A stretch of DNA of 63,973 nt, filler included, from Nemertoderma westbladi (taxonomy: Eukaryota > Animalia > Xenacoelomorpha), in NCBI GenBank assembly GCA_032718475.1. It is 3 parts of 3 records of this genome, joined end to end, with 100 filler letters (N's around TTAATTAATTAA, not from the genome) between each part and the next. Parts side by side here need not be neighbours in the genome. Positions count along the whole stretch, not along the records: positions 1 to 28,888 come from JAUCBJ010004891.1; 2 more parts are not named here. One strand, 5' to 3'. A program made the translations under genes and the position numbers. Every line of letters begins with the position of its first letter. The first letter of the stretch is position 1. The notes under the pieces were generated by a model that saw only the letters and a list, made by a program, of their open reading frames with translations, was not told the DNA's origin and ran no database searches. Below, one piece after another: positions 12,987-26,367 of this stretch.

Positions 12987-14701
12987 AGCGCATACCGGTC
13001 TGCCAGTAGTCCGAGTCAGGTGGTCTGTTGACGATGTAATTGCTGAATTTATCCTCTATTATAATAATGTAATGTAGATATTCTCATATTTATTTATTAG
13101 TGCATCTGCCTATCATCTAGTGGATTATAACCGAACCGCAAACGCTTAAAATTAAAGTAAAGTTTTTTGTCATTAATAGTACCGTACCGGTACAGTTGTC
13201 TTAGTACCTAACCTACTGTAGTAGGCCTAACTCAGTAACTTCGAAATTATTGGCCTAATCCAGTAGTCTAAGTCTGTAAATAAGCTAAGCAGCTCACAGT
13301 AATAAATTTAGTTGAATTTTTGAGCCCGAATTGCCGTGGAGCGTGGAACGGAACAGTGGAAGGCTATACCAGTATACACTATAATATAATATAGACCTAC
13401 TCCTACTACTGTAATATCTATCCATTCAGATTGGACGCGAGCGAAGTTTGCTGCGTACCGTAACCGACACATTACTGCTTAACTACCGGTACCTTACCTG
13501 TACTGCTGTACTTAGGCAGCTAGGCCTACCCTACCTACTGACCTACTCCAAGGATTTTTCGCGCAACACCTTATTCACAGTTTCAGCTATAACACCAATA
13601 ACACCATACTGCCATAATTACAGTATTCAGGTATTAGCAAGTAGGCAGTGTAGTATCCCTTACACCTTACTGCCTTACCGTACGCCTGTATTCTGAATTC
13701 TGTGGTGCTGTAGTATATTACCTACCGGTACGATTAGACATCTGTAATTTATTATTAATTTATTTCGGGTGCAATGCCGCAATATACACATAAGTGACCA
13801 AAACTTGCCAAAAGGTGAGTCTATGGTGTAGTGTGATTAGATTTCTACTAAATTAAATTTTATGAAATAAAATGTTACATGTAGAGATTTTCATAAGGAA
13901 TCTTGGAAATTTGCTTACCCCTACTTTAATTGTAGATATTAAATTTTACTTGAAACTATAAAAAAACACCTTAAAACATGATTTTTTCATAAAATAAGGA
14001 GCTCTAGTTTCTATCAGGTGTCAATAAAATTAACATGTTATATACCAAATGAAAGCTCGAAAATTTATCTTTAAATTTAATGAAACATCATAATCTGTAG
14101 ACGTATAGATAACACACACACAGAGATCCTGGAACACTTTATTTTCTACTACACCCCTAAAATATCCAAAATGAAAAATATTATCAAAGAGAGGCAATTT
14201 ATTTATAAATTTATTTATTTAGTTTGGGTAACAATTAATTTATTTATTGCACTAATTAATATCAACCCATATTAAAACTATAGCACAAGAATATTAAAAA
14301 TAGTAAAATAGTGTAATTAAGTTGCCGTTTTTTAAAATAATAAAATTTGAGTTTCTTTATTAAAAAAGAATATCATATAGTATGTAGAGTATCATATAAG
14401 CCAATTGGGGTTTCAAAAATAATAATGTTTATCTATGTAGGTTAACAAAGCACTTTGGACCATTTGAAATATTCTGGATAAAATATATGTCGCATGATGC
14501 ACGTGATGAATATCAATATAATGTATGTATATGAGATGAATAGCAATCCTCTCAATTGTTTTTTTTATTGAATCTGTAATTACTCATCAGTAATACACAA
14601 AACAATTATCCAAATTCATCGAAATATTGTGAAGATTATTATGTGGATTTGAAGGGTTTCGGATCGATTCAGAAAACCATAAACTGTCCCCTCCTGTAAC
14701 C

Positions 14702-17690
14702 AAAGTTTAAGTTTAAGTTTAAGTTTATCTCTTTTATTCATTAAAACTCATAGTTATGATAAATAACACATGAGGCAGTCTACATTAAGAGTAGACTGAT
14801 AATCAAAATGAATAAGCGTCGTAGGGCCAAGGTGTTGCTTCGCAGCACCTGTACGTACAGTATGTAAGCTACTATAAAGTAATATACTTAAATTCAAGCT
14901 AACCAATTATAGCACAAACAAATTATAATAACTGAATAAAACATATGTAAATTTATATTTATATTAGCATCTATCCGTTAGGTTACCTCTTCCCTTGCAT
15001 ATTTAGTTTGGTATATTTTCCATAATTTCGCCTTGAATATTAATAATGAAGCAGCACCCGATACATTTAACGGTAGCTTATTCCATAATTTTATGAGAGA
15101 TACTATGAGGCTGTCATGGCCGTGTTTGTTTTTCGTTTTAGGTATGACTATATTGTTAGTGCGTTGGTTAATTTTCTGATTTTTATTTGAATGAAAGGGT
15201 AAGTTTAAATTTTGGTAGGGCTTAGATATGTTATGTATGTATTTGTAAAAATAAATTAAAGCGAAATATTCTCGTTGGGCAGATAATAATGGGACCTTAG
15301 CTTTTTGTCGAAGTTCTGTACCTGTCGTGTCCCTTATTTTTTTTTCCAAATATTAAGCGAAGTGCATAATTTTGTACCTTTTCAAATTTATACAGTATGT
15401 CTTTGTAACCATGTTTTCCATGCAATGATACCAGTAATTGACTACAGTAGTTATGATATGGTAATGTTAGAGCTTTGTATATATTTAATTTGGTTCTATT
15501 AGTTAATTGCCCCTTAATACTGCGTAAACTAGAAATGCTCAAGGTCATCTTTTGTATTATATTATCTATATAATTCTTCCATTGTAATTTGTTATCTATT
15601 TCTACTCCTAAGTACTTTACTGATTTTGATTGGTTTATCGGTATTGCAGTTCCAACATTTAGTTCTATTTGTTCAGGTGTGTTTCGTTCTTTAGGGGATA
15701 AAAGTAAGAATTCCGTTTTTGATGGATTGAGTTTAAGGTGGTGAAGTCTGAATGTATCATTTAGTTTTATAACTTCCTGTTCCAATTTTTGTGATGCTTT
15801 TTTTGGATTTTTGTCTGTTGTAAATATAACTGTATCGTCCGCATATTGTATCAAATCTGTGGTGCTGCTTATTTTTTTTGGAATGTCGTTTGTATAGAGA
15901 GTAAATAATAAAGGACCTAAAATTGTACCCTGTGGAACCCCTCTTAGTTCTGTTTTCCAGTTGGACTTTGTGTTTTGTAATTTTACCCTTTGTTGTCGTT
16001 GATTGAGATAGCTTCTGATTAATGATATTGCCGTTTTGTGGAATCCCATGTCGGTCAGTCTGTGTAATAATATTTCCCTGTTTATGGAATTGAAGGCCTT
16101 GCTGAGATCCAAGAATGCAACAGCTACAGTACGTATTCCCCCTTAATTATCTTTTCTCTCCAGTATTCAGTCAAGTAAGTTATGGCATCTACTGTAGAGT
16201 ACCCCTTCCGAAAGCCAAACTGTTTACAGTAAAGCATATTGTTGTGGTCTATGTACCTAACTATTTGATTAAATATTGCCCGTTCAAATACTTTAGTTAA
16301 GGGTGATGTCACAGCTACTGGTCTGTAGTTTTCAGGATCCGAACTGTCCCCTTTCTTAAAAACTGGTGTTATATCAACTAATTTAAGCTTATTTGGGAAT
16401 TCAGATCTGGTAAAACTTTGGTTAATAATATATGTTAGTGGTGCTAATATGTCTGCAGATATTTTCTTAATTATTCGAACCGGAATTCTAGAAGGCCCAC
16501 TAGACTTGTTTTCTTTTAACTTACTAAGTATTAATAATATTTCATTGTCATTTGTACATCTAAATGAAAATTGTGGTTTATTATTATTATTATTATTGCT
16601 ATTAGGTACATTTAACTGTGCTATTTGTTGCGATATCGATACCCCATCATAAAAATTCCCAATATTAATGTAAACATCATTAAATATGTCCGCCATTCTC
16701 TTGCTGTCAGTTATTACCTTTCCTAAGTGTTTTAAACTACAGATAACATTTAGTTTTCCCTTTTTATGTAATATTTGATTTATTAATTTCCATCTTTTCT
16801 TACTGTCCGTTGCTTCCTGAAATTTTTGCTTTATATACGAATTTTTTAATTTGCTACTTAGATTGTTGTATTTATTTCGTATGGCTTTATATATTTTATA
16901 ATCTGCGTCTAATTTCGTTTTTCTCCATTTTAAAAAATGTGAATACTTATCTGCATTTAGTTTCTCTAGTTCATCTGGGGACCAATCAGGTTTATTGTTA
17001 TTTGCTTCCCGTGGACGGCCAGTATCAAGCTTTCGTCTGTATGGTGCATATTTATCGAGTATTTTTTCTATGGTATTTTCAAGAATTTCATACTGTACAT
17101 TAATATTTGTTTCCCAGTATATTTTTTCCCATGTTATTCTATGAATCTCTGCTAAGAACTCACTTTCTCTAAAATTAGTAAAATCACGGTATTCTATCCA
17201 TTGCCTTTTGTGTTCTATCCTGTCTCTAACTACGTAGTTTAATTTTGTTAGTGTATAATCATGATCGGAAAACTCACACGGAAAAATGATAGTTTGTTGT
17301 ATAATTTTCTTATCAATATTTGTCATTACCAGGTCAATGAGCGTTGCGGTTGTTTTTGTAATACGAGTAGGTTTATTTTTGTTTGTAAAGTACATATTAT
17401 ACAATATTGCTAATTCTTCTAATAGCTGAGTACTCGGATTTGGATTTTTACATATTAAATTTATATTAAAGTCTCCTTGTATAAGTATTTTCATCTTTGG
17501 TTCTAGAGTTAATGCATGTTCGAGTTCTTCTGCTAATTGGCTAATAAATTTATTTGTCTTTGTCCTTGGCGGTTTATATAAAGTACATATTAATAGGTTA
17601 TCTAGTTCTATCCATATAGATTCAAGGCTATTGCATGATTTAATATCGTATCTTATTTTAAAATTAAAATTTTCCGGTATGTAAATTAAA
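14702..17690 (-). mobile_element. 5'-truncated CR1/L2-group LINE (APE endonuclease + RT) with two frameshifts
   Basis: GDFNI, SDHD, NYRPV, QFGFR, DLSKAF, GVPQGTILGPLLF, YADDT, KYLGV; (AAACTT)n tail at 14703-14726; possible TSD GTAACCARAGTT. Confidence 0.92.
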
Positions 17691-18093
17691 TTAAATTAAA
17701 TTAAACAGAGTAACCAGAGTTATAATAGCCAAGAGTGAAACATGTTCGTGGGGCCATCGCGCAGCCCGAGGCTCAGTTATGGGATACAAATTAAAATGGA
17801 GCGATTCTATCACAAAATCGGCGTTTAAGAAATTTAACCGAACCGCCAATAGACCGCCGTCAACCCCTTCAACCTCACTCTTAATCTGCACCACCCCAAT
17901 CCAATTGAGGATTGATGACAGGCAAGTATTGGCAGAGAATTGGTGTTTTAAACGTAGGACATTTTAGGCGGGGGGGGGGGGGGGGGGGGACCCAAATTCG
18001 GGGGAATGGAAATAGCGTGGAGAGAAGGATTTTAATAAATAAGTTAATTTAATATTTAGATAAATTATTATTAATAGCACATTTTTTTCACAG

Positions 18094-18282
18094 AATTGCG
18101 AAAAAACCGTATTAAAGCGGCTTCTGAAGGAGTTATGGAAGATAGTGATATCGAATCTCGAGAAATGCGTCGTTCTTCCCCCGCTGAACAACCCAAGGGA
18201 AATCGGGTTACATGACAACGAGAAGAATTTAACTCCTAAGCAATGCGCTGTGCTAGATGTGGCCTTGGATGACACAATAAGA
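18094..18282 (+). CDS. unc-13: Unc13 exon; last one recognised before the assembly linker
   Basis: ttcacag|AAT acceptor, AGA|gtgagt donor, 189 nt; [30 protein letters not shown]...[15 protein letters not shown]. Confidence 0.95.
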
Positions 18283-20136
18283 GTGAGTAATGTTAAACTT
18301 ACTACTATTATTTTTTCTATTTTTTATAAATTTTTTTTTATTTTTATAATATCATATTAACTTTGATTTTACATATTTACAATAAACATTATTATTTTAC
18401 TCTAATTTAATATTTAATCTACAGGTACATAGATAATGTACAGTAGAGTTTCTGTTATGATTAAAAGTAGTGTTTTTTTTTTATTACATTGATAGTATTG
18501 GCAATGCGCTAGATACGTAGTGGAGTTGCCAAGAAAAGTTGTACTGTAGTTTATCTTGTGATTTTATTCTTATAAAATGCCGTACGGGGTAATGATGGCG
18601 GCTGGCGGCGTGAACAATTCATTAGAACTATCACACAAAAAATGTTGACATTTACTCTACATTATACGCCCAGTATCATACAGTAAGTTGGTAAAATAAA
18701 AAATATTTATTTATCTGACGAATGACATGCATTTGTAGCAGCAATGAAACCTTAGTCTGATTAGTGATTATCGCCATAAACCAACAGCATTTATGCTTAA
18801 ATCGTTTAATAACCAGACTGGTATTAGGAATAAAGATGACCTTTTATTAATCGTTTTGATTTTTTAACAATTACATTTTCATATGTTAGTTTATACTGTA
18901 TATCGGCCCTTACATGCCAAAACCGTCAAACTCAATCTTTTTGAAAAATGACATATGCATATATTTGGAATCAGAAAAACGAGGCGCATCTTTCTAGCCA
19001 AGTCTTAAGACGTAATTATGAACTCCTAAGGAGTTATATTTTTGCCAAAACCGTCTATCTCAACATCTGTCAATAATACAGTAGTAAATCCCAAAACCAT
19101 CTATCTATCTTTACTTGGAATTAAACATTAAGTTTGGTTTTATTGTTTCCTTTATGTGCCGAAACCGTCTATCTGTGTATTCTATTCTATCTGTGTATTC
19201 TATTCTATCTGTGTATTCTGTCTACTTGTATTCCTTTGGATTCAATATCTAATAATTATTCATTTGTATTTGCCAAAACAGTCTATCTCTATGATCTACA
19301 ATACAATAATGACTCTAAACTTGCCTTATAGCCTACAATTAATCTTTTACTATACCAAGTTTTACTAGTTTCCAAAAATTTAATGGGCTATCCAACATCG
19401 CAAATGCCATTTATATACTGTAGCTACAGTATGTTAGTTTTCGTGCCACGGTAACTTTCTGATACCCATCTCCAGTATTTTTCGTGCTAAAATTTTCAAA
19501 CGTTTTTATGACTAACTAAAATAAATTTATTTGCGGTATATCTCGTTTTTTGGATGTTGATGACGATTGTAGAACTCAAATATAACATTCGAGATTGTTT
19601 TTTGTAATTTTGAATGTGCACCCTGGGGCACGAAAAAACAAGCAATCAAGCCAATTTTATGACCTTTATTGAAATTTTTGATTTTTTTGGAGTGCTGATC
19701 ACGAATATGACACTTAAATATATCGTATCTTGTTGATTATGGCATTTTTAGAAATGTGTCAATGTGCGGCACGAATTGCAATCATTCTTCTTCTAAACCA
19801 AGTAGTAACTGTTTGATGATTATATCTCATCTCGTCTGAATTTGTCTAAGGAAGCATGTAGAACAAGTCCACCTGTGGTGGTAACTAATATCATAGGGAA
19901 ATCATTAAATTCAAAATTCATGAGCAAAACAGAATCAAGAAAACAGTGCTTTTAGGGTTAACATTACTTGATATGATGATCTGAAATGGTGGAAATCAAG
20001 TATTCCAATTTTGGAATAAAAACATAATTAGTATATTTTAGGATGTTACTACTACTATTCTATATTATATATCACCAAAATTAGTTACATGTTGACACAT
20101 ACATCGAATTAAACAATAGTATGAATAAATGTCTAA

Positions 20137-20551
20137 GGCCTGTGCTCAACTGGTAACTCGTAAGTCGTATGTCATAAGTCGTATGTCTTAAGTCGAAATA
20201 AATTATGAAATACATTGGTTACAACGGGAGCGTCGCCACTGGTATGCCATAAGTCATAAGTCGTTTGTTACGACTCATGCATGAGTCGAAAGTGATGTCC
20301 CATGTTCCATCTTTGACATATACGACTGATGAGTTATATCCGGCAAGAGGCCTGTGATGGGTTAATTTTGGGTAGCAGCAAGCCAGAAAATAGTGTACAG
20401 AGAAAAAATGTGAGACCCATCTTATATTTTCTAAGAAAATACTTTGATGACTTACCAGTGGAGCACGGGAGCTATACTTTTGACGAACTCAGACAAAATC
20501 TGAAAACGACTTATGACATAAGACTCAAGAGTTACGAGTGGAGCACGGGCA
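20137..20551. mobile_element. PIF/Harbinger-type MITE
   Basis: Imperfect TIRs GGCCTGTGCTCAACTGGTAACTC / GAGTTACGAGTGGAGCACGGGCA, TAA on both flanks, subterminal TAAGTCGTATGTCA repeats. Confidence 0.75.
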
Positions 20552-21030
20552 TAACTGACTAACAATCCGGCAATATATAATTTATAATATCATATTGTGT
20601 ATATATATATATATAATAGTTTAATTATGGTCATAAATGTTTTCTCCATATATAATATGGTGAGGTATATTGGAAAACCTACTTCAACTACAAACAAGCA
20701 TAATATGATGTATCCTTTTTGCTAATATAAAGCAGTATCAATGGTGCGGTATCAAAATGAAACCCTCTCCACTTCATGGAAGAATATATGCCAATAACAA
20801 CTGAATGATTACGTATGCAAAATGTATATATTCATATGGAGTACTATAACATGTATATATATATAGCATATATAACATGGTACTATAACCTGTTCCATTC
20901 GCTTTCCATTTATTAATAATATAATATGGGATTTCCAGTGGGATTTCCATCATTAGTTCCCCCTTGTCCCCAAACATGAATGATTTAATTATCTGCAATC
21001 CCCCCTCCCCCTATTTATCAAATTTCCGCA

Positions 21031-23520
21031 TCAGAAAACACGTATTTGATGTCTGGGAGTTTCTGCCAATTCATCATCTATAATCAGAACTATAATGAAG
21101 GAAAAGAAAAGACTGACAGCTGATAAACAATGCCAGACATCATGTCTGTCATAGAATGAGAAGAGGATGCAGTCTGTATTGGTTTCCCGTGACAATGCTG
21201 GAGTTGTTCTCTTATTAGAGGATTTCCCCAGGAATGCGTAGATAGCTGCCCCCCATGTTACCATGGTAATCGCAATCAACACCTTGGTCTTTGGTCCTAT
21301 TCGCTCTTTATGACGGATCTTCATAATAACATAGTACCCAGTATATACCAGCAAATTCAGGAGAACTAATGCTAAAACAAAACTTCCAAAATCACCAGGA
21401 ACTTTTATGACACCGAATAATGATAAGCCAATATTTACAACTTCAACACAAAGTATAAGTATCATCCTATCCATGTATTTAGGTTTCAGAAAATCTTTAA
21501 AACCTGACTTGTACATATTGTAGTACTGAAGAATGCATCCCTTATTCACCCTTACTGTCCCCATGTAGTATAAATATCCTGTAATCTTTATAGTTATCCC
21601 AATGACGATAATCATGAACAAAATGTAAAACCATCTCGCAGTCCATTTCATACCGACAACAGTTATGGCTACTAGTACTGCTATACCCAAATAAACAGAG
21701 TAGGCCTGAGGATTCAAATCACAATGGCGAGATTGATATAATCTAAGAATCCCCAGGAATCCAATTATGTACATGAAAGTAACATCGAATTGGAAATTAG
21801 TGGTATTGGGGCAGACATGGAAGCATGAGCTCAGAACTCCTTCCATAATCATAGCAATACCTATTGCGTAATTTAAACCAAAGTGTGTCGGGAGACCTAG
21901 CAGATTGGAAGATTTGAACTGGTATCTATACTGTCGAATACGCACAACGCATATAAATAGTGCACCTAAACCGATGTAGGAAATGTTCGACCATATGTTA
22001 TTGAAAGCACTAACAAAACCAACTCTGTGAGAACAAAGGAAGTTATAGTAACATATGTCTTGTGATCCTAAAGAGTTGAAAAGGAGCTGATAGTTGATAA
22101 CAAACTGAATGGCAGGGAGGGTGTAGAACATGCCAATGGTTGTTAGGTTCCAATGGTAGAGGCTAACCTTTCGCGACACTTGTTCATAGGCCTTGCGAGA
22201 CATATCTGAGACTGTAAGGTTTTGTTTGGAGCGGTAGACTCTCTTATCTGTTTCATCATCTGGTTGGAGTTTAAATTGGATTCCAGTTTGCATTCCTATT
22301 TGAACAGAGTGGTGGGTGGCTGCATCCGATTGGGCTGGTAATTTGGTATCCATTTCTGATTGGTTGGTCATGTTGCTGTCAATCTCTGATTGGTTCTGCT
22401 GCTCCAATTTCGAAGTTGATTGGATGACCTTCTCCAATTGGATAAAGGGTACGACGGTGGTCAGTGAATCAATACTAAGCATTGCAGGTCCCTCTGAATG
22501 GCTACTTTGTTTATCTGATTGTCTTACAGGAATTACACTGACATCATCATTCCCGAGAGATTCCATTTTACTATCAATGTTTCGTTTTCCTTGTCTTCTT
22601 AAAACTCTTGCAATAATTTGGTCCCAATTCCAATTTATCATAATAAGAAACGTAATAGTGTAAAATGCTACTAAGAAAAGAACCAAAGAAATTGAACCGG
22701 TGACATATTGTGAAGTCTCCAAACCTCGATAAACATTGATTGAGAACTTCTTGATTCGATTGTTGTTTACATCACTCATCATATCTTGTGACATGCATTC
22801 GCTATCTTCAGGCTTCACGGAGACGATTATAAAAAAGCGACTTCCGAAATCAGTTCTGCGAACTGCGATTAATCCCAATTTTGTGACTGTTTGTGTCCTG
22901 TTGAAACTGCGGATTGGACATGAGAATTTCTGCACTGCGAAATCTGCACAAATACGCGTTTCTGAGGTGAATTTAACGTTGACGTATTCTGTGTCATTGG
23001 GTATATGAAAGGAATATAATTGTGATTGGGAAGGAGAAGCCACAGATGATATAGATTGATTCATACTGAGCGAGAATATATCTACAATTTCTATCATAAT
23101 ACTATAATTTATGACACTTTCAGATAGTGTGGACACTTCAATAACTAATGTATTGTTATTTAGGACACTTTTACCATCGTTATCCATTGCAACTGGGCAT
23201 AACGTCCTGGCCATTGAATTGTATTTCTGATCTTCTCTTGAAAAAGGTAGTCGCCATGCCTCTATGACATCGTGTTGCATAGCAATCACAAGTATTGGTC
23301 TACTATAATCAGCATTAGTACTATTGACATGAACTCTAGCGACTGATTGATGTAGTCCGCTATTTTGTAAGTCAAAAATAAATATATTATTCTTCCCTCG
23401 AGAAGTGGCGCAAGTGTATGGTGTATTGGAATCCGTGACAGTTACATTGGTACAATCAGATGCGACTGCTTTGTCTGTACAGATAAACAATAGTAATATC
23501 CAAATCAAAGCCAAATCCAT
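21031..23520 (-). CDS. SIDT: SID-1/SIDT family transmembrane protein; single coding exon
   Basis: 829 aa; signal peptide, RTLCP, FYTLPAIQFV, GSQDICYYNFLCSH, AFNNIWSNISY, CFHVCPNTTNFQFD, DRHDVWHCLSA, C-terminal IRVF. Confidence 0.95.
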   Translation of the reverse strand: MDLALIWILLLFICTDKAVASDCTNVTVTDSNTPYTCATSRGKNNIFIFDLQNSGLHQSVARVHVNSTNADYSRPILVIAMQHDVIEAWRLPFSREDQKYNSMARTLCPVAMDNDGKSVLNNNTLVIEVSTLSESVINYSIMIEIVDIFSLSMNQSISSVASPSQSQLYSFHIPNDTEYVNVKFTSETRICADFAVQKFSCPIRSFNRTQTVTKLGLIAVRRTDFGSRFFIIVSVKPEDSECMSQDMMSDVNNNRIKKFSINVYRGLETSQYVTGSISLVLFLVAFYTITFLIMINWNWDQIIARVLRRQGKRNIDSKMESLGNDDVSVIPVRQSDKQSSHSEGPAMLSIDSLTTVVPFIQLEKVIQSTSKLEQQNQSEIDSNMTNQSEMDTKLPAQSDAATHHSVQIGMQTGIQFKLQPDDETDKRVYRSKQNLTVSDMSRKAYEQVSRKVSLYHWNLTTIGMFYTLPAIQFVINYQLLFNSLGSQDICYYNFLCSHRVGFVSAFNNIWSNISYIGLGALFICVVRIRQYRYQFKSSNLLGLPTHFGLNYAIGIAMIMEGVLSSCFHVCPNTTNFQFDVTFMYIIGFLGILRLYQSRHCDLNPQAYSVYLGIAVLVAITVVGMKWTARWFYILFMIIVIGITIKITGYLYYMGTVRVNKGCILQYYNMYKSGFKDFLKPKYMDRMILILCVEVVNIGLSLFGVIKVPGDFGSFVLALVLLNLLVYTGYYVIMKIRHKERIGPKTKVLIAITMVTWGAAIYAFLGKSSNKRTTPALSRETNTDCILFSFYDRHDVWHCLSAVSLFFSFIIVLIIDDELAETPRHQIRVF

Positions 23521-24384
23521 TATGTAAATTATTCGATTTATCAGTTTTTACACAGCTTAGCAGTATACCAATAAGGAACACCTCGTAATTTGTTAGAAAA
23601 TATAACTCACTGTTTATGATTGAAATGTAAGCATGTTTGAAATCATAGCGATAGACTGTTAAGTTAACTAAAACATCCATGCAATGCTGTATTTAAGCCT
23701 TCACATTTGTGTGCGAATCTGTATAATATTATTATGGAATCCTAACGTGACTTACTACACACATTGTACAGCAGCAGCAACCATATTCTGTTAGTTCATA
23801 TATCATAGACCGTTATACTGCAATAGCTTAGTGGAAGACCTTACTGAAGCAACAGTGTGAAACGCAATAACACTAGTATTCTAACATATAATGTGGTGAC
23901 AGCTTATAACAGAATATTATGCCTTAAATAAAGATAAATTAATTTAATAACAGTTTATAATTTGTTAATTAGATACGCCGAAGGCACAATGAAAATGCAT
24001 CAACGAGTGTAAAAGTGTCAGATAGTGGCGCACATTGACCGCAAGTGAAACTAATGATCTTCAGCGTAAATTGACCTCAAGTGAAATAATGTATAGTTTA
24101 TTGTTTTGGTTAGAAAACAATGCCACTGTATACTGCTCCGCTCCTTTCCTTTAATGTTTTTAATTAAATTAAAGTTTTCATAAGTTTTCATACCCACTGT
24201 CCCACTGTTTGCGGTTAATTTGCGCCATTAACTCGACATAAAGGGTCTTTTCACCGAGGCGATTGAATAAAAATTTGTTTATCGAATGGCCACGGCACGG
24301 CCGTCTACAGCGGTTTATTTACATAAACATTAATAAACACTATCTAAATAAAATGTAATAAACAAATAAAATAAATAAAAACGA

Positions 24385-25158
24385 GAATACATACACACTG
24401 ATACGATAAATACATACGGATACGATAAATACATACGGATACGATAAATACATACGGATACGATAAATACATACGGATACGCTTAATACATACTGATACG
24501 ATATATACGGATACGTCAAATACATAAGGATACGCTTAATACATAAGGATACGCCGAATACATACTGATACGATATATACGGATACGTCAAATACATAAG
24601 GATACGCTTAATAAATACGGATACGCCGAATACGTACTGATACGATATATACGGATACGTCAAATACATAAGGATATGCCTAATACATACGGATACGCCG
24701 AATACATACTGATACGATATATATGGATACGTCAAATACATAAGGATACGCTTAATACATACGGATACGCTGAATACATACTGATACGATATATATATAC
24801 ATACTGATACGATATATACATACTAATTACAATATATACGGCCCATGTGAAGAATACCAGACTTTCTGCCGTTATATTTCACTTTGCAGTTACCCCCATG
24901 TGAAGAATAGGCCAATCAGGTTTTCACCAAAAACACAGGTTACAGAAGGGCTTAATCTAACCAAAACAATAAACGAATTAGTACATGTACAGGTTATAAG
25001 ACAGAAATAAGAGCTATAAGAATACTTAATAAAGTTAAATTAAAAAAAAAAAATCTTCATATATAAAATTCCAATAAAAAGTCGACCGAAAAGTGAAATC
25101 CTGGTATTCTTCACATGGGCGCTATATACATACGGATACGCCGAATAGATACACCCTA
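24385..25158. repeat. TACGGATACG-rich subterminal repeat array, probably a DNA-transposon end
   Basis: Many short ATACATACGGATACG variants ending in CACCCTA; interrupted by a MITE. Confidence 0.6.
24839..25122. mobile_element. MITE with 20-bp perfect TIRs
   Basis: GCCCATGTGAAGAATACCAG (24841-24860) / CTGGTATTCTTCACATGGGC (25101-25120); TATATA on both flanks. Confidence 0.8.
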
Positions 25159-26249
25159 ATTTTGATGAATCTTTTTTCAATTTTTGGTTACCGGTAAAAC
25201 ACAAAACCCAAACAGTATTTGTAAAAAGTTTTGCAAATCTCGCTAAGATTTGGCCTCGTACCTTTATGATACTTTTCATTACATAAAAATGATTTCACGG
25301 TACAGCATATTATTGTTACAAATTCAATTAAATTAAATTAACAACGCTGTAAAGATGTTAGAGCCTAGAACCTGTTAGGCAAAATAGGTGTAATTAAATA
25401 TTTGACAAGAATCCTCAACTTGTCAATCGCAAACAACATTGTGGAAAACTGTGTGTAGGGGTGACCATAATACTGGAAATAATGTAGGCCTAATGTTAGT
25501 TGTGTATACACATGCACTGTATGAACAGTTTGAAGCAAATCTTCTTTGAGTGTGTAGGTAGATATTCAGTCCAGGAGACACTCACATTTTATAACCATGG
25601 CAACATCCCAGCGGTTTGGTGTTAACCGAGCTACTAACTAGTATTGGACTACTGGGCATACAACACAGCCTCTACGTGGTGGGTTCATTAGGTATTCATT
25701 CAAATAATTTAGCCAACAGGCTGACAGGAGGATATTACCACTTATTACTGCTACTGCTACTGTACAACTGCACCATGAAGGACAACCAAATAAATTATGG
25801 ATAAGCCTATAATAAAACTTAAAGGTCAATTTATATGTGATTAGTTTAAATGAGTAGAAAGTTGTTATTTTATCAAATTCGTTGTGTTTGTTTACATTGT
25901 AATTTACCAATCACAACTGAATATTTAATTGGAAATCTCCATAAATTACAGTTTGGATATTGGACTAACAAACAAACTCTTTGAGTAATGAGATAGTATT
26001 TACCAAAAATATATATGTCTAGACTCAATAATAGGACACATTTCGACAACTTTATGACCAACATGTTTGTTAAGTAAACATTAATCAACTTTAAGTAAAT
26101 AACGTCTATGGGCTGGCGATAGAACCTTCCTATATGCTAAATATGCCCAAATGCAGCCTAGAAAGTAATTTTTTTTATTAAATTTCAACCGAATTGTGAT
26201 ACACTGGTAGGGGATACTTTCGATACTTAACTATATTTATTATTATTAC

Positions 26250-26346
26250 CCTGATATTTTGTTATTTTTCCGGTTATTTTAACCCGAGGAACAGGAACTA
26301 GGGTTCAGAGGGTTAAAATAACCGGAAAATTAACAAAATATCAGGG
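26250..26346. repeat. Foldback inverted repeat
   Basis: CTGATATTTTGTTATTTTTCCGGTTATTTTAACCC ... GGGTTAAAATAACCGGAAAATTAACAAAATATCAG. Confidence 0.75.
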
Positions 26347-26367
26347 GGCAGGGTAATTAATAAATGT

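Noticed and set aside
25638-25910. Cys-containing minus ORF (GCPSWCSC)
   Set aside because: No recognisable family or supporting exon chain
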